DNA of 64,000 nucleotides from Patescibacteria group bacterium (GTDB lineage Bacteria; Patescibacteriota; Minisyncoccia; UBA6257; GWB1-50-10): NCBI GenBank assembly GCA_023474215.1, contig JAMCYI010000016.1, positions 8,265 to 72,264 of the forward strand, read 5' to 3'. Shown piece by piece: positions 19,129 to 28,711 of this stretch (position 1 is its first letter; each line of letters starts with the position of its first letter). The notes under the pieces were generated by a model. It saw only the letters and a program-made list of their open reading frames with translations, ran no database searches and was not told where the DNA came from. The position numbers and the translations under genes were made by a program.

Positions 19129-20154
19129 TTATAACTTTTCTATTTTTATCTTCAAATTCCTCCACCGCGGTGCACCAAGTTCTCTTTTCGTAAGGATTCC
19201 TTCCGTTGCTCCGACGCGCTCTACGACGGATGTTGCGTTGGCCGAAGCAATGCGGACCGCCTCCGCAATCTGCCGTTCTGTCGCACGATGCAAATTCGAA
19301 AGCGTAACGCCGTTCCCGAAAAGCCCCGCCACGAACCCGGATCCCCAAGCGTCACCGGCGCCCGTCCGATCGACGAGCTTCTTTTCTTTGAACGTTCCGG
19401 CACGGTAAATGAATGTGCCGTCGGAAACCGTGGCACCCTTCGAACCATTCGTGACGGCGAGGATCCCCGGACTCATAAGATCGTCGAGTTTCTTGAAAAC
19501 CTCGCGTTCGCGGCTGAACGGGATACCCGTCAGGATCGCCGCTTCTTCTTCGTTTAAACTGAGAAATGATACTTTCTTGAGTGACCGAAGAATCTCCGAA
19601 CGGCCGTGCTCGAGATGATACCCGCTCGGATTGAACGCAACAGCGATCCTGTTCTTCCACGCAAAGTCGAGAAGCCTTGCATACATCTTCTCCGATTTCC
19701 CGGCGAGCGAGAGGTACCACCACGCGCCTTTCATGGCACGGAAATTGATGTCGGTAGTCGAAAAATCATTTGATGAACCGTGATAGTTGAGGATCGTCCG
19801 TTCTCCTCCTTTTAAAAGCAGTGCCGAAAAGGAGGTTGGGAGTTTCCGGTCGACGGTCACCATGCCCGTTGCAACACCTTCTTTTTTCAGCTGCCGGACG
19901 ATCGCTTCGCCGTTCTCATCATTTCCCACGTGTCCTACGCACGCTGCTTCAAGGCCTTGCCGCGCAAACGTAACGGAAGCATTCGCAGCATTCCCGCCGA
20001 TCGTCTGATAAATAGGGCCGACGTCGAGCTTATCGCCGAGGGGCAACAAAAACGCCTTGCCGGAAGGGGTTTTCGGATAGCGTTCTAAAGAAAGATCGTT
20101 CGCGTCGAGAAAATTATCCCGCGTAACCGAACCGATGGCGATGATATCCTTCAT
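19129..20154 (-). CDS. PfkB-family carbohydrate/ribokinase-like kinase
   Basis: 341 aa; GG.A.N...A..G; C-terminal TGAGDAWGSGFVAGL anion-hole motif of PfkB kinases. Confidence 0.75.
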   Translation of the reverse strand: MKDIIAIGSVTRDNFLDANDLSLERYPKTPSGKAFLLPLGDKLDVGPIYQTIGGNAANASVTFARQGLEAACVGHVGNDENGEAIVRQLKKEGVATGMVTVDRKLPTSFSALLLKGGERTILNYHGSSNDFSTTDINFRAMKGAWWYLSLAGKSEKMYARLLDFAWKNRIAVAFNPSGYHLEHGRSEILRSLKKVSFLSLNEEEAAILTGIPFSREREVFKKLDDLMSPGILAVTNGSKGATVSDGTFIYRAGTFKEKKLVDRTGAGDAWGSGFVAGLFGNGVTLSNLHRATERQIAEAVRIASANATSVVERVGATEGILTKRELGAPRWRNLKIKIEKL

Positions 20155-21140
20155 TTCCTTGAAATAACCTTTTTTACCGCGTCTTTAATATCCTTGACGC
20201 CCATGCCGTACTTTTCGATGAGGGCTTCCGGCGGACCGGATTCGCCGAATGTATCGCGCATTCCGACGAATTCAATGGGCGTCGGATGATGCTTCGCGAG
20301 TATCTCCGCGACGGCGCTTCCCATACCTCCGGCGATCTGATGCTCCTCGACGGTCACGACGGCGCCCGTCCGTTCCGCTGCCTTCACGATCGCTTTTTCA
20401 TCCATCGGTTTTACGGAATGATTGTTCAAAACCAAAACGCCGATCTTTTCTTTTTCCAATTCTTTTGCCGCGAGAAGCGCATTCCGCATCAAAAGACCGC
20501 AAGCGATGATCGCAACCTGCGGCTTCCGCGATTCCCAAAACACATCGATTTTCCCCGGCGTAAAAGGCGTTTCTTCGGTTGTAACGACGGCGCTTTTTTC
20601 GCGCGCAAACCGTATGTAGACCGGGCTGTCGATAGCCGCGGCGGCAATGGTCGCTTTCTTCGCCTCGATCGCATCGCACGGTACGAATACCAACATATTC
20701 GGCATGGCGCGCATGATCGCAATATCCTCCGTCGCCTGGTGCGTCGCGCCGTCGGGGCCGACGGAAACCCCCGCATGATGGCCTGCGATCTTTACGTTCG
20801 AGTTGTTGTACGCGATCGTCGTCCGGATCTGCTCATAATTCCTGCCCGGCGAAAATGTCGCATATGATGCAATGAAAGGGATTTTCCCCGATATGCCGAG
20901 ACCCGCAGCAATGGTCGCCATGTTCTGCTCGGCAACGCCGACCTCAAAAGAGCGGTCGGGAAATTTCTTTGCAAACGCTTCCGTGCGCGTCGATTCCGTA
21001 AGATCGGCCGAGAGCGCGACGACATTTGCATTGTGATCTCCCAAGAAAAGCAGGCCTTCGCCGAATCCGTTCCGGATGGGAACTTGCTCTACGTCCGCAT
21101 CGAAGATCTTCGGGTTCAATTTCAATTTATTATTCAACAT
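20151..21140 (-). CDS. transketolase, C-terminal subunit (split transketolase)
   Basis: Start MLNNKLKLNP at 21140; Pyr and C-terminal transketolase domains (FEVGVAEQNMATIAAGL...). ORF-track upstream extension to 21371 is non-coding-looking. Confidence 0.8.
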   Translation of the reverse strand: MLNNKLKLNPKIFDADVEQVPIRNGFGEGLLFLGDHNANVVALSADLTESTRTEAFAKKFPDRSFEVGVAEQNMATIAAGLGISGKIPFIASYATFSPGRNYEQIRTTIAYNNSNVKIAGHHAGVSVGPDGATHQATEDIAIMRAMPNMLVFVPCDAIEAKKATIAAAAIDSPVYIRFAREKSAVVTTEETPFTPGKIDVFWESRKPQVAIIACGLLMRNALLAAKELEKEKIGVLVLNNHSVKPMDEKAIVKAAERTGAVVTVEEHQIAGGMGSAVAEILAKHHPTPIEFVGMRDTFGESGPPEALIEKYGMGVKDIKDAVKKVISRK

Positions 21141-21459
21141 TTGTTTTTTCCTTTTTAATGATCCTCCAATGATACCAATAGAGCGGAATGCCGACGATAA
21201 GGAACGCAAGGGATTCCGATGCCTCGCGCTCGCGGTTAGAGGTCGTTTGCTGGTCTTGGTAAGCTTGGAGTTCGGCGGCCGATGGTCCATTTCCTGCCGG
21301 CCCTGTCGCCGGGTACGGACTGTACTGGTCCGCGGCGGTAAAAACGAAGCTTCGCAAGCCCAAATCCACAAGGCGCACCAAACCCGTCACCGCCAGGACC
21401 AAACCAATGAGGGAAAAGAGATATAGATAGATTTTTCTCACCAAAGGATGATTATTCAT
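21130..21459 (-). CDS. small hypothetical membrane protein
   Basis: 109 aa, two TM helices; positioned between the split tkt halves. Confidence 0.35.
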   Translation of the reverse strand: MNNHPLVRKIYLYLFSLIGLVLAVTGLVRLVDLGLRSFVFTAADQYSPYPATGPAGNGPSAAELQAYQDQQTTSNREREASESLAFLIVGIPLYWYHWRIIKKEKTNVE

Positions 21460-22321
21460 GTTCCGATTTTATTCTCCGGCCGAGCGTCCGGAGCTCATGA
21501 AGGGCTTTTTTTGCTTCTTCTTTGTTCGGCGGCTTGCCGTGCCAATTGAAATCGTTCTCCATGAAACTGACCCCCTTCCCCGGAATCGTATGAGCAATGA
21601 TGAGAGTCGGCTTTTCGTAAATTGCTTCTGCTTCCGAAACGGCATCCACCAACTGTTCCATATTATGGCCGTCGATCTCCAAGACGTGCCAATTGAATGA
21701 TTCGTACTTCTCGCGGAGCGGTTCCAGCGGCATCACGTTTTCCGTGAACCCGTCGATCTGGATATTGTTCCGATCCATGACGACCGTGAGGTTGGATAAT
21801 TTATTCTTGCCGGCAAAGAGCACTGCTTCCCAAACGTTCCCTTCGTCGTGTTCCCCATCCGACATAAGGCAGTAGATCCGGTACTTCTTTTTATCGAGAC
21901 GCGCCGTCAAAGCCATCCCGATCGCTTGGGAAAGTCCCGACCCTAGAGGACCGGAAGTCGTTTCAATGCCCGGCAAAACACCCCGATGCGGATGCCCCTG
22001 GAGGCGGGAATTGATCTTTCGGAGCGTCATGAGTTCCTCGAGAGGAAAATAACCGGCGTATGCAAGCGATGCATAGAGCACCGGGCAAATATGGCCATTC
22101 GAAAGCACCAGCCGGTCGCGATCCGGCCACAACGGGTTTTTCGGATCGTGCCGCAAGATGTGAAAATAGAATGCCGTAAAAACATCTGCCATGCCGAGGG
22201 GTCCCGCCGAATGTCCCGAGCCAGCCTCGAGGAGCATCTCAATGATCTTCTCACGAATTCTGTTCGCGGTCTCTTCCAAATATTTCAATTTTTCATCATG
22301 GATCGGCGTCATGTATTTCAA
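21452..22321 (-). CDS. transketolase, N-terminal (TPP-binding) subunit
   Basis: 289 aa; SGHSAGPLGMADV, GDG..MEG-like TPP motifs. Confidence 0.8.
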   Translation of the reverse strand: MKYMTPIHDEKLKYLEETANRIREKIIEMLLEAGSGHSAGPLGMADVFTAFYFHILRHDPKNPLWPDRDRLVLSNGHICPVLYASLAYAGYFPLEELMTLRKINSRLQGHPHRGVLPGIETTSGPLGSGLSQAIGMALTARLDKKKYRIYCLMSDGEHDEGNVWEAVLFAGKNKLSNLTVVMDRNNIQIDGFTENVMPLEPLREKYESFNWHVLEIDGHNMEQLVDAVSEAEAIYEKPTLIIAHTIPGKGVSFMENDFNWHGKPPNKEEAKKALHELRTLGRRIKSEHE

Positions 22322-22339
22322 TTATACAACGCACGGTTG

Positions 22340-22476
22340 GTATAGCCAACCGCGCGAAAATCCTAAATTCAAAATTCTAAATCCTAAATAAATTCCAATG
22401 CCCCAAATTCAAAATTCAAAACGTCGTGTTTGTGATTTCTTATATTGGAATTTTGATATTGTTTAGGATTTAGTGC
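22340..22476. repeat. AT-rich palindromic intergenic element, copy 2
   Basis: ttctaaatcctaaataaattcc ... tgtttaggatttagtgcttaggatttaag; same family as 18995-19128. Confidence 0.6.
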
Positions 22477-24084
22477 TTAGGATTTAAGATTTTTTCTCGC
22501 GGCGGCGCGCATGAACGCCACAAAGAGCGGATGCGGAACCAAAAATCTCGACTTAAACTCGGGATGCGCTTGCGTGCCGACAAAGAACGGATGATCCGGG
22601 AGTTCCACCATATCGACAAGCCGGTCGTCGTCTTTTGACCATGCCGAAAAAACGAGCCCGTTCTTTTCCAAGACATCGTGGTATGCGGGGTTCACTTCAT
22701 AGCGATGCCGGTGCCGCTCCTTCGCGGAGGGACCGCCGTAGATCTCGTACGCCCTCGTCCCTTTCACAAGTTCCATGTCCCACGAGCCCAAACGCATCGT
22801 TCCGCCCAGGTCTTTCACGCTCTTCTGGGATGGCATGATATCGATGACCGGATTGGGCGTCCGGGAGTCGAATTCGGTGCTGTTCGCACGCCCGAGACCG
22901 GCAACGTGGCGTGCAAATTCGATGACCGCGACTTGGAGGCCGAGGCACAATCCCAAGAAGGGCAGTTTGTTTTCCCGGGCATACTTGATCGCCTTTATTT
23001 TTCCTTCGATGCCGCGCCTGCCGAAACCTCCGGGAACGATGATGCCATCGAGGTTTTTCACATGTTTCAAAACATCATCCCGCTCCGAATCGACTTGAAC
23101 GATGTCGGCCTTCACGCCCGCTTCGAGGGCCGCGTGTTTGACGGCTTCAATGACGGAAAGGTACGCGTCTGGGTTCACCACATACTTCCCGACGAGGCCG
23201 ATTTTGACCGTCTTCGTGATCCCCTTCATCTTTTTGATCCTCCGCTGGAGCGGAGTGATGTCCGATTTTTTAACCGGCAAGGCGAGCGATTTCAGAATAT
23301 TCTCGTCAAGTCTCTTTTTTCTGAAGTTCAGCGGAATTTCGTAAATACTCCCCGCATTCGGCGCTTCGACGATATGGTCGAGGGGCACGTTCGTGAACAT
23401 GCTTATCTTTTCCTTGATCTCGCCGTCGAATTCATTCTTGCATCGTACGATCAAGAAATCGGGGTGGATGCCGACTTCCCGGAGGGTCCGCACCGACTGC
23501 TGGATCGGCTTGGTCTTTTCTTCTTCCGAAGGAAACACGTAATCGATCTTCACCACGTGGATGAACAAAACGTTTTCTTCACCGTATTCGCCGTAGATCT
23601 GCCGTGCCGCTTCGAGGAACGGCTCTTCTTCAATGTCGCCAACCGTTCCTCCGATCTCGATCACCACGATGTCGGCCTTCTTTTCCTCCGCCGGCTTTAT
23701 AATCCTCCGTTTGATCTCGTTCGTGACATGCGGAATGATCTGGATGGTCTTTCCTAAAAAGTCCCCGTGCCGCTCGAGGTCCATGACGGTCGAATAGACC
23801 GAACCAGTCGTGAAATTGGAAAACTTATCCAAATTCATATTCAAAAACCGCTCATAGTGACCCAAATCGAGATCGGTTTCCGCTCCGTCTTCCGTCACAA
23901 AGACCTCGCCATGCTGGTACGGATTCATTGTGCCCGCATCTTTATTGAGATACGGATCCATCTTGATGGGGAAGATCCGATAGCCGCGCGACCTCAAAAG
24001 AAAACTAATGGAGGCTGCTGAAGCCCCCTTGCCGATGCCGGAAATGATCCCGCCCGTTACAAAAATGATCTTCGGTCTTTTCAT
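22477..24084 (-). CDS. pyrG: CTP synthase
   Basis: 535 aa; IFVTGGIISGIGKG N-terminus, GATase C-terminal domain with GLCLG/HPEF. Confidence 0.9.
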   Translation of the reverse strand: MKRPKIIFVTGGIISGIGKGASAASISFLLRSRGYRIFPIKMDPYLNKDAGTMNPYQHGEVFVTEDGAETDLDLGHYERFLNMNLDKFSNFTTGSVYSTVMDLERHGDFLGKTIQIIPHVTNEIKRRIIKPAEEKKADIVVIEIGGTVGDIEEEPFLEAARQIYGEYGEENVLFIHVVKIDYVFPSEEEKTKPIQQSVRTLREVGIHPDFLIVRCKNEFDGEIKEKISMFTNVPLDHIVEAPNAGSIYEIPLNFRKKRLDENILKSLALPVKKSDITPLQRRIKKMKGITKTVKIGLVGKYVVNPDAYLSVIEAVKHAALEAGVKADIVQVDSERDDVLKHVKNLDGIIVPGGFGRRGIEGKIKAIKYARENKLPFLGLCLGLQVAVIEFARHVAGLGRANSTEFDSRTPNPVIDIMPSQKSVKDLGGTMRLGSWDMELVKGTRAYEIYGGPSAKERHRHRYEVNPAYHDVLEKNGLVFSAWSKDDDRLVDMVELPDHPFFVGTQAHPEFKSRFLVPHPLFVAFMRAAARKNLKS

Positions 24085-24731
24085 ATACCCTTTAGTGTAT
24101 CATAAGCCAAACCGACATCCGAACTGTGCCAGAGATATGAGCCTGTTACGATCCCGTCGACTCCGTTTTTCTTCATGAGAACTGCCGTTTTCTCGTTTAC
24201 TCCCCCGTCAATGAAGACCTTCAAATCGGGGTGCACCTTTTTTATGAACACGGCCCGCTCTAAAACGGATTCATCAAAATTCCCGCCCGAAAAGCCGATG
24301 GGGACCGACAAGAGCTCGACCGTCGTTGCGCCCGAAACTTCGACCATGTCGATGAAATCCTCCAAGTTGCCGTCGAGCTTCAAGCTCCAGGCGAGAGCAG
24401 CCTTCCTTGCCGAACAAAATTCGCGGACGTCGGCCAAATCGAAATCCGATTCCGGATGAATGACGACAGCGCCGATATTTTTCGAAGATGACCAAGCCTT
24501 AAGGTATACTCCGACGTCCTGCACCATCAGATGCAATTCAAATGTAAAATCTGGACCGATGATGGAATCGAAAAAAGCGGGAGTGAGACCCATGAGCGCT
24601 TTCGTAAATTTTCCATCCGAAACGTCCACGTGGACCATATCGACCCCCCGCTCGCGGAGGATTTTTAACTTCGGGATGATCCCCCGAACCGATTGCTCGT
24701 CGAAAAAGTTTATCGAAGGGGTCACATTCAT
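24081..24731 (-). CDS. rpe: ribulose-phosphate 3-epimerase
   Basis: Start MNVTPSINFFD at 24731; MVHVDVSDGKF and C-terminal GGVN..T motifs of the RPE family. Confidence 0.75.
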   Translation of the reverse strand: MNVTPSINFFDEQSVRGIIPKLKILRERGVDMVHVDVSDGKFTKALMGLTPAFFDSIIGPDFTFELHLMVQDVGVYLKAWSSSKNIGAVVIHPESDFDLADVREFCSARKAALAWSLKLDGNLEDFIDMVEVSGATTVELLSVPIGFSGGNFDESVLERAVFIKKVHPDLKVFIDGGVNEKTAVLMKKNGVDGIVTGSYLWHSSDVGLAYDTLKGI

Positions 24732-24738
24732 AGGAGTG

Positions 24739-25227
24739 TCAGTATCCGTCTTCGGATTCAGCCTCGGTGTTTTTGAACATCTTGACTTCCAATGCGGAGA
24801 TCTCTTCGATCCGCCTTTTATACCGCTCGTCGGAAGCAAACGGCGTTTCGAGCCACGTGACGATGATCTTCTTTGCCGTTTCTTCATCGAGGTAATTCGA
24901 ACCGAGCGCAAGCACGTTCGCATTGTCGTCGTTTCGGGAATCGAATGCTTGATTGGGGTTCCCTACGAGCGCCGCGCGGATGCCCTTGAATTTATTTGCA
25001 ACGACCGAGACGCCGACGCCGGAACCGCAGATAAGAATGCCGCGCGCCGTCTCGACTTCCGAGCTTACCTTTTCCGCAACCTTCATCGCGATCGCAGGGT
25101 AGTCGTCATTCTCGTCTTTTACCGTACCTCCCAAATCCATCACCGAGTAGCCGGCGAGCTTCAGGCTGTTTTTCAAAACTTCTTTCAAATCGAATCCCCG
25201 GTGATCCGCCCCGATGTAAATCATCAT
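24739..25227 (-). CDS. rpiB: ribose-5-phosphate isomerase B
   Basis: 162 aa; MMIYIGADHRGFDLK...ILICGSGVGVSVVANK RpiB/LacAB signature. Confidence 0.85.
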   Translation of the reverse strand: MMIYIGADHRGFDLKEVLKNSLKLAGYSVMDLGGTVKDENDDYPAIAMKVAEKVSSEVETARGILICGSGVGVSVVANKFKGIRAALVGNPNQAFDSRNDDNANVLALGSNYLDEETAKKIIVTWLETPFASDERYKRRIEEISALEVKMFKNTEAESEDGY

Positions 25228-25307
25228 ACCTCTTCATTTTATAATCGGAGCGCCAAAAAAACAAAGAGGGGGAATTTCCATGAACCATGAAAATTCCCCC
25301 GTCAAAG

Positions 25308-26864
25308 CTACTTGAGGAGAAGCATCTTCTTAATGAAGACTGAACCGCCTGCCTGGAGCCGATAAAAATAGACCCCTGATGACAAGCGCGAACCGTCGAA
25401 GGAAACCCCATGTTTTCCCGCCGAAAGCTGCCCCCCGACGAGCGTTTGAACGAGTTCTCCCAATGCATTGTAAACATTGAGGGATACCGCTCCGCTTTTC
25501 GGCAGGTCGAACGAAATGATCGTCGTCGGATTGAAAGGATTCGGATAGTTCTGGTGGAGCGCAAAGCCGGAAGGCATTGAGGTTTCCGACCGCACTGCCA
25601 TCACCGCATCGAAGTTCTTCGCTCCTTGGACGGCTCTTTCGGGATCCAAAACCGGCACGGGTCCGCTTGATGTTTCAATGGTGTCGGCGGTCGAACAGAT
25701 GATCTTTTTCAGTTCCGCCGCAGTAAGCTTCGGATTCACCGAAAGCATCAAGCTCGCGGTGCCGACGACCATGGGCGCTGCCATGCTCGTCCCCGCGAGG
25801 TATTGGTAATTCTTGACCACCGGCTTTCCGTTCGTCGTATCATCAAGGAGCACGTAGTAGCTCGGCCACGTGCTCAAGATGTCGGTACTGTCGGACGGAT
25901 AATCGACTCCGCTTCCCCCGGGAGCATAGATATCGACGAAATATCCCCGATTGGAAAAGAGAGATACGTTCCCGTTGGGATCGATCGATCCAACGGAGAG
26001 AACTCCCGACATGCCGCTGTCGCTGTACGTCGTGAATCGGCTGGAAAACGCGGGGAACGATTGAACTTCATTGCCGTCATTTCCCGCGGCAACGACGCAC
26101 AGTACGTTCCGATTCGTGGCATACCGCATGGCATCCTCGATCATCCGGGAATACCACGGGCTGCCAAATGACATATTGGCAATGCGGCATGAATCTCCCG
26201 TCAACCGGAAGATCGCATCGGCGATCGAGGAATTGTATCCCCAGCCGTACTCGGTGAACGATTTGTAAATCTCCACCTTGCACTGTTGGTCTATCCCCTG
26301 AACACCGACGCTGTCGTTCGGCAATGCAGCAATGATCCCGGCAACGTGGGTAGCATGCCCCGCATAGTCGGTATTTACCCAATCGGAATCGACGGGTGTG
26401 TCGGTTGCATTCACGAAGCTCGGCCCGACGATGAACCGGGAACTGTCAAGGACCGAACTCGTCCAAACGCCGTCCTTCAAAGGACTGCCGGAATCAATGA
26501 TCCCGACTTTCACCGAAGGACTCCCTGTGGTTATCTTCCAGGCATTCAAAAAGCTGCCATGCCACAAGCCGGCATTTGCCGTGATCCACCATTGAAACGT
26601 TCCGCTCCCTGCCGTTACGTCCGGCTCCGCGCCGTAGAGTGTTTCCTTCCGGTCTATTTCACTGTAGAGCCCTGCATTTTTCAACGCGCGTGCGACGGCT
26701 GTCGTATCGCTTGTCGAAAAGGCCCGCCAACCGGGGAACACTTCTTTGCTTCCCGTTATGCCGACAGCCTCAAGCTCTGCACTCGACGCCTTGGCAACCA
26801 TCCGCTCCTGCGCGAACGCAGAAACGGAAAAGATGACAAAAAACAGAAAAACAATTTTCTTCAC
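25308..26864 (-). CDS. secreted S8 subtilisin-like serine protease with C-terminal T9SS/Por-type sorting domain
   Basis: Signal peptide; D/H/S triad blocks (GIIDSG; GHATHVAGIIAA; GTSMAAPMVVGTA); C-terminus YPNPFNPTTIISFDLPKSGAVSLNVYNALGELV...SGVYFYRLQAGGSVFIKKMLLLK is a canonical Por_Secre_tail. Confidence 0.8.
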   Translation of the reverse strand: MKKIVFLFFVIFSVSAFAQERMVAKASSAELEAVGITGSKEVFPGWRAFSTSDTTAVARALKNAGLYSEIDRKETLYGAEPDVTAGSGTFQWWITANAGLWHGSFLNAWKITTGSPSVKVGIIDSGSPLKDGVWTSSVLDSSRFIVGPSFVNATDTPVDSDWVNTDYAGHATHVAGIIAALPNDSVGVQGIDQQCKVEIYKSFTEYGWGYNSSIADAIFRLTGDSCRIANMSFGSPWYSRMIEDAMRYATNRNVLCVVAAGNDGNEVQSFPAFSSRFTTYSDSGMSGVLSVGSIDPNGNVSLFSNRGYFVDIYAPGGSGVDYPSDSTDILSTWPSYYVLLDDTTNGKPVVKNYQYLAGTSMAAPMVVGTASLMLSVNPKLTAAELKKIICSTADTIETSSGPVPVLDPERAVQGAKNFDAVMAVRSETSMPSGFALHQNYPNPFNPTTIISFDLPKSGAVSLNVYNALGELVQTLVGGQLSAGKHGVSFDGSRLSSGVYFYRLQAGGSVFIKKMLLLK

Positions 26865-26959
26865 TTCTTTCTCCTTAATGAATATGTAAAAGATCGAACT
26901 TTTTAAACAAAAACGCCCCCTAAGGGACGTTTTTGTTTTAACATAAATTAAAACCTAAG

Positions 26960-27976
26960 TCAACTGATGCTCGCAAGCATTTTGACGTGTCTCACAAGAG
27001 TCGACACGTACCCGGCTTCGTTATCGTACCACGAAAGAACTTTCACGAGGTCCCCGTCGACGACCTTCGTAAAATTCAAGTCGACGATCGCGCCGTACGG
27101 TTCTCCCAAGATGTCCGACGAGACCACCTGATCCTCGACGACGTTCATGATCCCCTTCCAACGAGGCGATGCCGCCGCCTTCCGGAAGATGTCATTGATT
27201 TCTTCGACGGTCGTTTTCCGTTTTGCGACGAACGTAATGTCGGCGATCGATCCCGAAACGACCGGAACGCGGAGCGCAATGCCGTCGAATTTCCCTTGAA
27301 GTTCCTTCACGGCGCGGGTGACGGCGATCGCCGCTCCCGTCGTCGAAGGAACGATGTTCTGCGCCGCCGCCCGTCCCCTTCTGAAATCGTGGCCCCTCAC
27401 GGGCCCGTCGACGATGGATTGCGTTGCAGTGTAGCTGTGCGTCGTTGCAAGAACCGCTTTCACGACGCCGACGCTTTCCGACATGATTTGGATGACCGGA
27501 GACGTCGCGTTCGTCGTGCATGAACCATTCGACGTCAAAACGACGCCTTTTGCCTCGTCTTCGTTCACGCCCATCAAAACCGTTTTCCCTTCCGGCCCGT
27601 CTTCGTCCTTCGCGGGGGCCGTGATGACGACCCGCTTCGCGCCGGCCTCGAGATGCACTTTCGCCTTTTGGAACTCGGCAAAAATGCCGGTCGCCTCGAC
27701 GACGATATCGACACCCATCGCCTTCCACGGCAACGTTGTCGGATCCTTAATTTGGAGAAACGCGATCTCCTTTCCGTCGACGATCAATTTTCCCTCTTTC
27801 GTCTCAACCTGTTTCTCATACTTTTTGTACACCGTATCGTACATGAGGAGGTATGCCAGGTTTTCCAGACTCCCCAGATCGTTTATGGCGACGATCTCGA
27901 CGCCTTGTTCGCCGAATATTTGCTTGAAAAACAGTCGGCCGATTCTTCCGAATCCGTTGATTGCGACTTTTGCCAT
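26960..27976 (-). CDS. gap: glyceraldehyde-3-phosphate dehydrogenase
   Basis: 338 aa; MAKVAINGFGRIGR, catalytic SCTTN. Confidence 0.9.
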   Translation of the reverse strand: MAKVAINGFGRIGRLFFKQIFGEQGVEIVAINDLGSLENLAYLLMYDTVYKKYEKQVETKEGKLIVDGKEIAFLQIKDPTTLPWKAMGVDIVVEATGIFAEFQKAKVHLEAGAKRVVITAPAKDEDGPEGKTVLMGVNEDEAKGVVLTSNGSCTTNATSPVIQIMSESVGVVKAVLATTHSYTATQSIVDGPVRGHDFRRGRAAAQNIVPSTTGAAIAVTRAVKELQGKFDGIALRVPVVSGSIADITFVAKRKTTVEEINDIFRKAAASPRWKGIMNVVEDQVVSSDILGEPYGAIVDLNFTKVVDGDLVKVLSWYDNEAGYVSTLVRHVKMLASIS

Positions 27977-28002
27977 ATATTCATTCTAGGTTTGCGTTCT
28001 TG

Positions 28003-28070
28003 ACCGGTCAAGCAAGTGGACCTTATTATGGAATCAGACCTTTTTGTTCACACAACCCGTAGGAGGCACT
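28003..28070 (+). promoter_or_regulatory. Divergent promoter region with perfect 12-bp palindrome TTGACCGGTCAA overlapping a -35-like hexamer, TATTAT -10-like box, and AGGAGG SD
   Basis: ttgaccggtcaa (28005-28016) then 17 nt then ttattat; aggagg at 28061-28066 then GTG at 28071. Confidence 0.4.
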
Positions 28071-28649
28071 GTGAGACCGAACGAAAAAGTGAGAATGCAG
28101 AAGTACGGCGTCGGTGAAACGGGGACGTTCCCCTTTGGCACCGGCGAGTTCAAGTTTTATCGGTCATTCTTCAAAAACGTCGTCCAGTCGGCGCTGCCGT
28201 CGAGCTTCGGGAATCCCGAAGGAGAAGTGGAAGGAGAAATCGTACGCTACAAGCTCCTTCTCCAAGATGTCGCACGGCTCGCGGAATTCACCAACTTCAA
28301 GGTACCGACCGAAGGAGGGGTACGGAACGACATTTGGGGAATGAAGATAAGGTTCTTCGGAGGGAATGGATTGCAGCCGTACGTCAAAATAAAATGGCTG
28401 TACGGAAAGAAAGACGCGATTCCTTCAGTCGGCGCTCCGCGCGAGCGTACTATGCCTTCCGAGGTTCTGAAGAAATATGAGTGGCTTGCCGCCATGATCA
28501 TGGATTGCATGACTGCAGTCGCAACGATCGTGGACGGTACGCCGGACAAATCCGCACCTTCCCCGGCATACGAGGACGCCCTCGAACATGTCTCGATGTG
28601 TTCGAGCTCGCTCTGTCACGACTGCCGGGAAGCCTACGACCTACCATAA
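28071..28649 (+). CDS. hypothetical protein with Cys-rich C-terminus (CSSSLCHDC)
   Basis: GTG start 5 nt after AGGAGG; 192 aa; no family recognised. Confidence 0.45.
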   Translation: MRPNEKVRMQKYGVGETGTFPFGTGEFKFYRSFFKNVVQSALPSSFGNPEGEVEGEIVRYKLLLQDVARLAEFTNFKVPTEGGVRNDIWGMKIRFFGGNGLQPYVKIKWLYGKKDAIPSVGAPRERTMPSEVLKKYEWLAAMIMDCMTAVATIVDGTPDKSAPSPAYEDALEHVSMCSSSLCHDCREAYDLP

Positions 28650-28711
28650 GCGCAACATACAATGCGTCCGAGGATGAATTTCCCGGACGCATTCGTGTTT
28701 TTATCCCCCCG

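Noticed and set aside
20151-21371. Extended 406-aa model for the transketolase C-terminal subunit and the upstream extensions of rpe (24732-24923) and trmH (29741-29809)
   Set aside because: The extensions are Arg/Ser-rich with no homology; conserved family N-termini begin at internal Met codons.
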